Shown here piece by piece: positions 1 through 8,256 of a stretch of DNA of 59,660 nt (its first letter is position 1; the number at the start of each line of letters is the position of its first letter). Below the pieces are notes generated by a model, which worked only from the letters and a program-made list of their open reading frames with translations, had not been told where the DNA came from and searched no databases. A program made the position numbers and the translations under genes. Origin of the DNA: Candidatus Pacebacteria bacterium CG_4_10_14_0_8_um_filter_42_14 (GTDB lineage: Bacteria; Patescibacteriota; Microgenomatia; UBA1400; PJMF01); assembly GCA_002784625.1 (NCBI GenBank), contig PFLP01000027.1:1-59660 (forward strand), read 5' to 3'.

Positions 1-100
1 ATGAATCAATGGAAAGTAACTAAAAAACCAACACAAAAGTTTACTTAACCCTAAAAATATTCTAGTAGCTCTGACTTTATTTGTTATAGCATCATTTTTA

Positions 101-1438
101 TTGCCCAGCGTGGCTCTAGCTGCAGATCCCACAGTAACGCTTTCTCCAGCATCAAGCACTGTTTATCAGGGTCAAACATTCACGGTCAATGTGGAGTTAG
201 CCGCAGATAGCAACAATCATTCAGAAACAACTTTTACAGTCGCTTTTGATAAGGCAGTACTTCGACTCGATTCTATTTCACAGGGTTCTTTATATTTTAA
301 TCAGGTAGCTAACACAATTGATAACGTTACAACTGGGACTGGAACCGCAACTTACAACTTCTTCGGTGGCTCACAAAGCACTTCTGGAACAGTGGCCACA
401 CTTCAATTTACCGCTCTAGCGACTGGTACTGGCTCACTGACTTTTACAGGAACTAATCAAGTTTTAAATAGCGGAAGTACAGCTTTTGCTAGTTCAGTCT
501 TCACAGGCTCTGCATTCACCGTCAATGCTCCACTTTCAGCATCAGTGTTGACGCTTTCATCAAGCTACGCCGACTGGTCTCAAGGTGATTCTCAGACAGT
601 CACTATTGCTTTGGATACGCAAGGAAATCAAGTCGCTGGCGTCGATATTGATTTAACATTTAATCCTGCTGTGCTCCAGATTACCAATACTAACTGGGCT
701 GGGTTATTCCCTAATCAACAAGGTTTAACTTTCAATAATTCAACCAGAACCCTTTCAGTTTCTGGAGTAGTAAATGAGGGTTCTCCATACAATGGTCAGG
801 GCACAGTTCTTACCATTACATTTCAGGCTTTAGCCATCGGATCAACAAACATTGATTTTGCATGGACAAGTGGGCTGACTACAGACACCAATATTGTTGA
901 TTACAATAATGCCAACATAGATATGCTTTCAAGTGATCCAGCGGCTCTCGTGATTACTGTTTCATCTGGTGGAACCCTAGACTTTACTTTTGGACTTCTA
1001 GATTTTCTTGGTGATTTAACCACAAAAACTGGAACCCTAAAAGTTTCTGGTCCAAACGTCACGACTAATTGGTCAAGTCCAGCTCAATCAGGGACGATTC
1101 CTAACCTGCTTGGAACAATTACTAGCCACGCACTGGGAACATTTACTTACGGCGTTGCTTATGATGTGATAATCGCAGTTCCAGGATATTTAAAGACCAA
1201 GCAAAATGACACCATCACCTCGGGTTCTAATCCAGTCTCTGGCACTATGGACTTTGGAGATCTAACACCAGGAGACTCTAACGGCGATGGCGTGAACAAC
1301 TCTTTTGACCTTTCCTCAGTGTTTGGTCAATGGGACAGTAGCTTCAGCACCAATGCTGATTTTAATGGAGATGGTACGGTCAACACCTTCGATGTGGCGA
1401 TCCTCTATCAATATTTCAATTTAGTCGATACAATCTAG
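101..1438 (+). CDS. Secreted protein with two cohesin-like domains, a beta-sandwich linker region and a C-terminal type-I dockerin (true start uncertain)
   Basis: Two cohesin-like segments: TVTLSPASSTVYQGQTFTVNVELAAD..AFDKAVLRLDSISQGSLY and VLTLSS..GDSQTVTIALDT..LTFNPAVLQITN. The C-terminus has duplicated Ca-loop repeats DSNGDGVNNSFD and DFNGDGTVNTFD. A signal-peptide-like hydrophobic stretch is in frame upstream of the tracked TTG start. Confidence 0.7.
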   Translation: MPSVALAADPTVTLSPASSTVYQGQTFTVNVELAADSNNHSETTFTVAFDKAVLRLDSISQGSLYFNQVANTIDNVTTGTGTATYNFFGGSQSTSGTVATLQFTALATGTGSLTFTGTNQVLNSGSTAFASSVFTGSAFTVNAPLSASVLTLSSSYADWSQGDSQTVTIALDTQGNQVAGVDIDLTFNPAVLQITNTNWAGLFPNQQGLTFNNSTRTLSVSGVVNEGSPYNGQGTVLTITFQALAIGSTNIDFAWTSGLTTDTNIVDYNNANIDMLSSDPAALVITVSSGGTLDFTFGLLDFLGDLTTKTGTLKVSGPNVTTNWSSPAQSGTIPNLLGTITSHALGTFTYGVAYDVIIAVPGYLKTKQNDTITSGSNPVSGTMDFGDLTPGDSNGDGVNNSFDLSSVFGQWDSSFSTNADFNGDGTVNTFDVAILYQYFNLVDTI

Positions 1439-1444
1439 CGCATA

Positions 1445-2134
1445 ATGCGTCACACCATACTAGCTTTAATTGCTTTGTTGAGCGTAGCGGTGAGGCCTGT
1501 CTTTGCCGCCGACATGGAGTTAGTTCTAGGTTCAGAACCTGCCGCGGGAGATACTTTTTCAGTAGATGTAAAGCTTGACACAGTTAGCGAAGACACGATC
1601 GGCACAGATTTACTTATTAAGTTTGTACCTTCTCAACTAGAGTTTTCAGAAATCCAGCCAGGAGAGCTTTATGCCAACTATCACGAACCTCGTCTAGATT
1701 TAAAGGCTGGTACTATTCGCTATTCTGGAACGGCAGATAGAAATACTCCTTTTAATGGCTCGGGAACATTTGCTACTTTAGTCTTTAAAAAGCTCTACGA
1801 CGCTCAATCTGTGCTTCCTCCCTCAGAGTCAGGAGACAAGCCACTGGTCGGTCTATTATGGGATCGAGATGCTACAACTGACACTAATGTGGTTTCTCTT
1901 GGGGGTCAGGAAATTCTTTATACTGCTCCTTCTGTTCGTGTCGGTGGAAATGTTCTCGGAGTTGCAGCCGTTGGTGAAGGTCCAGAAAGCGACTTCGGTT
2001 TGTTGCAGGCGACAGCTACGCAGATGCGCTCAAAATACTTATTGATTGGCGCGATTGTGGCTGCTCTGGTAATTCTTATTTTACCAATTCTTATTCGTAG
2101 GAGATCAAAAGAGGATGAGGAAACGCAAGAGTAA
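1445..2134 (+). CDS. Membrane-anchored cohesin-domain protein (signal peptide, one cohesin-like domain, C-terminal TM helix plus RRRSK stop-transfer)
   Basis: N-terminal ILALIALLSVAVRPVFA signal. Cohesin-like GDTFSVDVKLDT..IKFVPSQLEFSEIQPGELY. C-terminal LLIGAIVAALVILILPILIRRRSK. Starts 6 nt after the previous gene. Confidence 0.65.
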   Translation: MRHTILALIALLSVAVRPVFAADMELVLGSEPAAGDTFSVDVKLDTVSEDTIGTDLLIKFVPSQLEFSEIQPGELYANYHEPRLDLKAGTIRYSGTADRNTPFNGSGTFATLVFKKLYDAQSVLPPSESGDKPLVGLLWDRDATTDTNVVSLGGQEILYTAPSVRVGGNVLGVAAVGEGPESDFGLLQATATQMRSKYLLIGAIVAALVILILPILIRRRSKEDEETQE

Positions 2135-2146
2135 GGGAGAAGTGAA

Positions 2147-2446
2147 ATGAAGGGATTCATAGAATTTATTCGCGAGCGAGGCGTCATGGGTCTGGCTGTT
2201 GGTTTTATTTTAGGTGGCGCCGTTTCTAAAGTAGTGGCCTCACTCGTCACAGACATCATCAACCCTATTTTAGGGGTGATTCTTGGGGCTGCGGGGAATC
2301 TGACTTCAGCTTACCTAGCGGTTGGCCCAGTTAAAATTATGTGGGGAAATTTTGTTTCCGTACTCATCGATTTTATAGTGATCTCCATGGTTGTTTATTT
2401 CGGCGTCAAAGGTCTTAGACTCGACAAGTTAGACAAGAAAAAATAA
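2147..2446 (+). CDS. mscL: Large-conductance mechanosensitive channel MscL (short form, 99 aa)
   Basis: FIEFIRERGVMGLAVGFILGGAVSKVVASLVTDIINPILG matches the MscL N-terminus/TM1. A second TM and a KKK tail follow. The C-terminal helical bundle seen in longer MscLs is missing. Confidence 0.85.
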   Translation: MKGFIEFIRERGVMGLAVGFILGGAVSKVVASLVTDIINPILGVILGAAGNLTSAYLAVGPVKIMWGNFVSVLIDFIVISMVVYFGVKGLRLDKLDKKK

Positions 2447-2450
2447 TTTT

Positions 2451-3941
2451 CTAGGTAGTTTCGTAGATTATCTGACAAAGATCGGGGTTTGGTTCAATCC
2501 AAGTCTTATCTTTTTGGAGTAGCTCATCGAATGAGGATGGACCCCAACTGCCAGCGGTATATGGCTCTGGCATAAAGGTTGGCCCTTTAAGTAGCCGTAG
2601 CAGTGGCTCTACGAACTTCCACGACTCCTCAATACCCACAGCTTCTGGAAAAAACATTGGATCACTACTAATTGCATCATAAAGAAGCTTTTCATACGCC
2701 TCAACTAACCCTGAGTCTTGATTGGAGTTGTAACAGAACTGCATCGGCACTGTTTGCAAATCTAATTTAAGGCCAGGCTTTTTGACATTAAAGCGAAAAA
2801 TAATTCCTTCATTTGGTTGAATTCTTAAAGTCAGGACGTTGGGGGGCTGAGTTCCTCCCAATTCGGAGAACATCTGGTTTTTTGGTTCTTTAAAAACTAT
2901 TGTGATTTCGCTGACAGCTTGGCGCATTCTCTTGCCGTGGCGAAGATAAATTGGCACCCCTCGCCAGCGCTCAGAATCGACTTCGCACTCGACGGCGATA
3001 GCAGTTTCTGTGATAGAGCTTCCGGGGATATTTGCTTCCTGTTTGTAGCCTGCCGCGGGAGAGTCATTAATCGTTCCAGATTCGTATTGTCCGAAAAATG
3101 CTTGGAGACGACCGTTTTTCTCAGTGATGTGAAGGTTTGAAAGCAGCTGTCTTCGTTTCAATCTTACGGCCTCCGCAGAGAGATGTTCTGGTTCTTCCAT
3201 CAGAGTCGTAGCCAGCATTTGGAGGACATGGTTTTGGAAGTAGTCTCTAGTAGCACCAGTTTGGTCATAGAACGCAGCCCGTTCGCCGATGCCCATAGTT
3301 TCAGTGGCTGTGATCTGGATATTATCAATATGCTTGGCGTTCCACATGGTCTCGAATAAACCATTTGCGAAGCGAAATGCTAATAAGTTTTGGACGGTTT
3401 CTTTGGCGAGAAAATGGTCAATGCGATAGATTTGGTCTTCTCGGAAAGTTTGCAGCAGCTCTTTGTTTAGCTGTCTTGAACTTTCTAAATCGGTACCGAA
3501 GGGTTTTTCTAAGAGCAGTTTCGTCCAACCGCACGAGCTATCTTGTAGCTTCTCGAGTCTAATGTTTTTTACCACCTCTGTGTACAGACTGGGCAGAGTC
3601 GCCACATACCAGAGATGATTGCCGCATGTTTTTCGACCATTGTGGAACTTGTTGATATTTTTAAATGTCTGTTGGTCTGAAACATCCCCAGAAACATAGA
3701 AAAGTGATTGACTGAAAGCCTGCCAATCCGCGTTACCCACGTCTGTATTTAGAGTCACACGAACAAAATCGCGGAATTCTTCTTGGGAAAAAGTTTTCCT
3801 GGCAATGCCGATCAGGGTGAAGTTATTTTCAAGGATCTGTTGTTTGTAAAGTTCAAACAAGGCTTTGAGAATTTTCTTTTTTGAGAGATCGCCCGTGACT
3901 CCGATCAAAAAAACAGTTAGTGGCTGGGAAATTGGATGCAT
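2451..3941 (-). CDS. zwf: Glucose-6-phosphate 1-dehydrogenase
   Basis: NADP-binding FLIGVTGDLSKKKI, EKPFG, and the active-site motif RIDHFLAKETVQN. The tracked ORF extends to a TTG at 3983. The ATG at 3941 (MHPISQPLTVFLIG) fits the family N-terminus better. Confidence 0.85.
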   Translation of the reverse strand: MHPISQPLTVFLIGVTGDLSKKKILKALFELYKQQILENNFTLIGIARKTFSQEEFRDFVRVTLNTDVGNADWQAFSQSLFYVSGDVSDQQTFKNINKFHNGRKTCGNHLWYVATLPSLYTEVVKNIRLEKLQDSSCGWTKLLLEKPFGTDLESSRQLNKELLQTFREDQIYRIDHFLAKETVQNLLAFRFANGLFETMWNAKHIDNIQITATETMGIGERAAFYDQTGATRDYFQNHVLQMLATTLMEEPEHLSAEAVRLKRRQLLSNLHITEKNGRLQAFFGQYESGTINDSPAAGYKQEANIPGSSITETAIAVECEVDSERWRGVPIYLRHGKRMRQAVSEITIVFKEPKNQMFSELGGTQPPNVLTLRIQPNEGIIFRFNVKKPGLKLDLQTVPMQFCYNSNQDSGLVEAYEKLLYDAISSDPMFFPEAVGIEESWKFVEPLLRLLKGPTFMPEPYTAGSWGPSSFDELLQKDKTWIEPNPDLCQIIYETT

Positions 3942-3990
3942 ATTCGGCTGACTAGTTGTATCGCAAAATGGCCGGTGCAGCAAGAATCAG

Positions 3991-4965
3991 CTATAAGAGT
4001 GTATCAGGATGGAAGGCTGCCCAGGCGAACCAGAAACTCTTCAGCCCTGGCAGTTCTTCTCCAGATTCTGCCAGTCGGAAAGTGAGGACGCCATTTTCAT
4101 TAGTTATTTCTATGTTCTTGTCGCCAACTACATCACCTTTTTGCTCAACTGAAATAAGATCTTGCTCTGGATAGGCTTTGGCAACGCCATCGACAACAAT
4201 TCCATAGACCCTAGCCTTAGGGTGGAGGCGATTGTCTAGGGGAGTAGTTTCGAAATAGGGATCGGCGCTGTCCTCATAGGAGTCATATGGAGATTTTGTG
4301 TAGTCGATTTCAAAGCCAGTTTTCCTAGATAACACTACAGAATCAGGGAAAAATTCCTGTGCTTTTGTCCAAGAAAGTGGTACTAACTTTAGTTGATTGA
4401 GGACTTCTCCTCTTTTTGCAGCTGGACCCGTGATTCCTTGGCCAGTGAATTGTTGCCACAGGTCGCCTTCATAACGATCGTAGAGAATTAAATTAGAGTT
4501 AAAAAGCTTTCCTGAAACGCCAAAGGTGGTGGTGATTCCGTCCACTTTGCGCTCAAAGGCAATGGCTGAGCCAGAAAGGGGACTAAACGTGACGGCAATA
4601 GGCTCTGAGGAAATCACATCATTTACCACCTCATGCCAACTAATAATTCTTTCAGGGTAAATTTTGCTTTCGCCATTTCGAGAAAGGACAAAAACTTTGT
4701 CGCTGTCACTAAGCCAGTTGCTCGTCTCGTCAATTGACTCAAATTGAGGTTGATCTATAGATTTAATACAATCTTTTTCTTCACAGCCATTCTCGAGTTT
4801 TTCAATTGGAACTATAGCGCTGGCTGGATCGAGCTGAAGGTTCACTTCTTGGATTACTTCCGATGGCTTCTCAGTTTCTCTGATCAGGTCGCTTGGTTTG
4901 ATAAATGTCACAGCCAGAGCAGCAAGAATACTCAAGAAAACTATAATCGAAATACTCTTTTTCAT
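3991..4965 (-). CDS. Exported DUF3179-like protein
   Basis: N-terminal signal/anchor SISIIVFLSILAALAV. The C-terminal FWFAWAAFHPDT motif and overall layout resemble the DUF3179 family. Recognition is from memory only. Confidence 0.5.
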   Translation of the reverse strand: MKKSISIIVFLSILAALAVTFIKPSDLIRETEKPSEVIQEVNLQLDPASAIVPIEKLENGCEEKDCIKSIDQPQFESIDETSNWLSDSDKVFVLSRNGESKIYPERIISWHEVVNDVISSEPIAVTFSPLSGSAIAFERKVDGITTTFGVSGKLFNSNLILYDRYEGDLWQQFTGQGITGPAAKRGEVLNQLKLVPLSWTKAQEFFPDSVVLSRKTGFEIDYTKSPYDSYEDSADPYFETTPLDNRLHPKARVYGIVVDGVAKAYPEQDLISVEQKGDVVGDKNIEITNENGVLTFRLAESGEELPGLKSFWFAWAAFHPDTLL

Positions 4966-5050
4966 TAGGGCAACAGTTTAGCCTGTTCGTATGTATTCAG
5001 GCAACAGTCAGAAGATTGCATTGAAATAACAGATCTGTTACATTCACATC

Positions 5051-6349
5051 ATGAAAAATAACAGAAATAAAAGAACTCAAGTTAACTTGATAACAGCCAT
5101 TGATGCCGAAGAGACGTTCGGAAAGAAATTTTTTTATAGACAAAAAATATACAGACTTGTGGAAAAAGGAAAATTACACGAATTTAGTCTTCGAGGTAAG
5201 TCATGCTTTATTGATATTCATATTTTGGAATCTTGCTTGGCTGACTTAGAACTGAAAATTAGTTCTAGATTTCCAGAGTTAGATTCTAATCAAATAAGAG
5301 TGTTCTTCGATAGCGTGGATGGCAAGAGAATAGTAATTGATGGGATTGGTGGAAAAGGGATTAGTGTTGACACAGACCTGGAGACCGAAGAGGATTTGTT
5401 AAAAAAATTGCAAAATATTTTAGAGTGGCTTGGTAGTGAAGCAATATACGATGAGGCTGAGGCTAGAAACGAGTTGCTGAATACTGAGGACATCCAAGAA
5501 CTTGAGGATAAAAGTCCAATCAAGTTGTTACCTGAAGAAATTATGTGGCTTAGGGTTGACGAAGAAGTAATCGAAAATGTTTCTGTAAAGAGCCTGATAA
5601 TGATAAGTTTGCCTTCAGTTGCAGCTTTTCTTGGGGTTCGTTCTGATCACCTTGCAGAGTGGGTTTCAGGCTCAACAATTAAAAATCATGTTTTAAGTCT
5701 TCATATCAAGCAATTTAATGGTACCGAAATTTCGGGACCATGGAAAAAAGGCTTTGTGAAGGGATATATTTCATTCATCCCTTTTGAATTGATTCCACAA
5801 TTTTTAGTGAGCTTTAGAGAGAGTGGTAGAAGTATCAAATATCCAGAAAAAGCAGAAATTTTATACAGTATGGCATTATCAACTTTGGAAGCTGTTGGAT
5901 TAGCAGTTTCAGGGGATAAAGATAAAGCTGCCCAGGAATTGGCAAAAGTCAGCAAGGGTTTGGGTATCGATGTAGCTGATCAGGTCATTGCAATATTTAA
6001 GCAGTATGAAACCAGAGATTTTCAGATTAAAACGACAAAAGAATTTCAGTCATTAATAAAAAAATCAGGTAAGAACTTTGCCACTACTATTGGCAGTTTA
6101 ACTATGGGCATAACAGGTAGATATCCTAATCATTGGAAGGCATTTGGTATCTCAAAGATGCTTCCTAAAAAAATAACAAGTTCTAGCAGAGAAGTTATGA
6201 GAGTTTTAGCACCAGCAGACAGTGTTGGAATGACTTTTGGAGAAAAACATTATATTAAAGATCAAAATATTGAAGAGGCCGTTAGTACGGGCAAGCAAGG
6301 AAAGAATTTTTATCAAAGATTGAAAAATGTAGGATTGCTTGATAATTAA
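5051..6349 (+). CDS. Hypothetical protein with N-terminal excisionase/MerR-like helix-turn-helix
   Basis: Long intact ORF. The N-terminus AIDAEETFGKKFFYRQKIYRLVEKGKLHEFSLRGKSCFID resembles Xis-type HTH. The rest is not recognisable. Visibly A+T-richer than neighbouring genes. Confidence 0.55.
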   Translation: MKNNRNKRTQVNLITAIDAEETFGKKFFYRQKIYRLVEKGKLHEFSLRGKSCFIDIHILESCLADLELKISSRFPELDSNQIRVFFDSVDGKRIVIDGIGGKGISVDTDLETEEDLLKKLQNILEWLGSEAIYDEAEARNELLNTEDIQELEDKSPIKLLPEEIMWLRVDEEVIENVSVKSLIMISLPSVAAFLGVRSDHLAEWVSGSTIKNHVLSLHIKQFNGTEISGPWKKGFVKGYISFIPFELIPQFLVSFRESGRSIKYPEKAEILYSMALSTLEAVGLAVSGDKDKAAQELAKVSKGLGIDVADQVIAIFKQYETRDFQIKTTKEFQSLIKKSGKNFATTIGSLTMGITGRYPNHWKAFGISKMLPKKITSSSREVMRVLAPADSVGMTFGEKHYIKDQNIEEAVSTGKQGKNFYQRLKNVGLLDN

Positions 6350-6427
6350 CAATAGGATGAACAAATCTGATTTTATTTATGGCTAATTCGCCACAGTTAA
6401 GAGTAGAATTGGATTAAATAGTTACAA

Positions 6428-6892
6428 ATGATAAATATCCGCCAAGCCACCATCCAAGATTTAGAAAAAATTCTTGAACTTAATCAAAGAGTGATGGCGA
6501 AAATTCCAAGTTTTGATGAGGACCTCGTGCCCAATTTTACTTTAACTCCACAGGGAAAGAATTACTTTAGAGAAGATATCACTAGGCCAGAATGGTGTTT
6601 TTTGATTGCAGAAGAGGGTGGCCGAATAATTGGATACACCAATGGTGGACTGATCGATTTTCTTCATAGAAAAAGCAGATACTTTGAAATTCAGAACCTG
6701 GGCGTGATTCCAGAAATGCAAAGAAAAGGATTGGGAAAACAACTTTTAGAATCTATCACTTCATGGGCAAAAGAGCATGGATATCAGAAAATCTACCTTA
6801 ATTGTTACGCTGCGAATGAAGAAGCATTGAGTTTTTATAGAAAGAATGGATATCAAGATATTGATGTATGTCTTGAAAAAAAGATTGAGTAG
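6428..6892 (+). CDS. GNAT family N-acetyltransferase
   Basis: Acetyl-CoA binding motif A: LGVIPEMQRKGLGKQLL, followed by ANEEALSFYRKNGY. Confidence 0.8.
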   Translation: MINIRQATIQDLEKILELNQRVMAKIPSFDEDLVPNFTLTPQGKNYFREDITRPEWCFLIAEEGGRIIGYTNGGLIDFLHRKSRYFEIQNLGVIPEMQRKGLGKQLLESITSWAKEHGYQKIYLNCYAANEEALSFYRKNGYQDIDVCLEKKIE

Positions 6893-6945
6893 CGATCCTC
6901 TACCCCCGCTTTACAACTCGCCCCATCATTGAGATCATAGTTGCC

Positions 6946-8256
6946 ATGCGCTTGCCCTTTCGCTCAAAACGTTTTTCTATCCTTTTAGGACTGATATTTA
7001 TTTTCGCCCTTGGTTTTTCCACCGGCGCCTTTACTGCCTTGAAGGGCTGGCTGCCCGAGGTTCCTTGGAACAAGGAAGAAGTCCAGCAGTCACCATACGT
7101 GGCTTTTCTACTCGAAACATACGATTTGATTAAAACAGAGTACTGGCAAATGACACTTGATGATCAACTGGCAAATTTGTTCCAGAAAGCAACGGAGAAG
7201 GTGCTTGGTGGCACTTATGAACTTGAGACCAAGGATCGCGCCGGACTCGAAAAAATGTTGACTCAGGTTTTGAGCGAGAAAACTGATGAAGAGAAAAATG
7301 ATTTAGTTCCTCAGATAGCTGACGTAGTTATGGTGAATCTTCAACCATTGGGTAGAAGTCGCTTGCTTGGAAAAAAACAAACCGAAGAAATTTATAACAT
7401 GGTTGAGAATAAAGATCCTGAGAGTAATCAGCTGGCTGCGCTTGGAGTAGACGAAACAGCGGATGATTCGACGGTTGCTTCGGCATACGAAGATAAGTCG
7501 GCAGAGGTTGAGTCATCAGGCGCTACTCCAGAGGAAAAAGCGGCGGAAATGGTGAAGCTTGATAGAGCCTTTCAATCGCTTGATACCAAGTCTGAGAGGG
7601 AGAGGTATATAGAGACTGGGGTCGAGACGACCATTCAGCCAAAAAAGATTGGGGCTGATGTTTATTATCTCCAGCTGCAGTCATTTTCGGCGACTACCTA
7701 CGAGGACTTAGTTCAGACTTTCCAAAACACGCCACCAACAGCGCAGCAGACAAGCCTAATTCTTGATTTAAGAAATAATCCCGGTGGATTTATTGACGGC
7801 CTGCCATATGTTTTGGGGGCTTTTTACGGTGAAGACACTCTTTCTCATCAGATGTTAAAGCAAGGCAATAAGAAGGACTTTAAAACCAAAACTCCAAAAA
7901 TTCCCCAGTTAGCACAGTTTAAAAAAATCTTGATCTTTGTAAACGAGGCTACGGGCTCATCTGCGGAAGCAATGACAGCCTCGCTGAAAAAATATAATGT
8001 TGGCTTAGTCGTAGGTGTGCCAACTCGTGGTTGGGGAACGGTTGAGAGAGTGATGCCGTTGAAATCAACTTTTGATGATCAAAAGTTTTCCTTACTCTTA
8101 GTCGAAACTTTGACTTTACGAGATGACGGTATCCCCATCGAAGGCAGTGGCATTATTCCAGATATTGATATGCGATCCAAAACTTGGAAAACAGATTTGC
8201 TTGGATACTTTAATCAACCCAGTTTGGTTACAGCCGTCGATCAATTATGGAAATAA
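6946..8256 (+). CDS. S41 (C-terminal processing peptidase) family protein, atypical: no obvious PDZ domain, J-like insert, catalytic Lys position substituted
   Basis: N-terminal TM/signal. S41 motifs LILDLRNNPGGFIDG and VNEATGSSAEAM..GVPTRGWGTVE, where canonical S41 has TFGKGTVQ. Confidence 0.7.
   Translation: MRLPFRSKRFSILLGLIFIFALGFSTGAFTALKGWLPEVPWNKEEVQQSPYVAFLLETYDLIKTEYWQMTLDDQLANLFQKATEKVLGGTYELETKDRAGLEKMLTQVLSEKTDEEKNDLVPQIADVVMVNLQPLGRSRLLGKKQTEEIYNMVENKDPESNQLAALGVDETADDSTVASAYEDKSAEVESSGATPEEKAAEMVKLDRAFQSLDTKSERERYIETGVETTIQPKKIGADVYYLQLQSFSATTYEDLVQTFQNTPPTAQQTSLILDLRNNPGGFIDGLPYVLGAFYGEDTLSHQMLKQGNKKDFKTKTPKIPQLAQFKKILIFVNEATGSSAEAMTASLKKYNVGLVVGVPTRGWGTVERVMPLKSTFDDQKFSLLLVETLTLRDDGIPIEGSGIIPDIDMRSKTWKTDLLGYFNQPSLVTAVDQLWK

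Noticed and set aside
1445-2134. The C-terminus of the cohesin protein (..LLQATATQMRSKY + TM + RRRSKEDEE) as a sortase sorting signal for the sortase at 15925-16896. The LTD protein C-terminus was considered likewise.
   Set aside because: No LPXTG-like pentapeptide precedes the hydrophobic segment. The layout is equally explained by a simple C-terminal membrane anchor.
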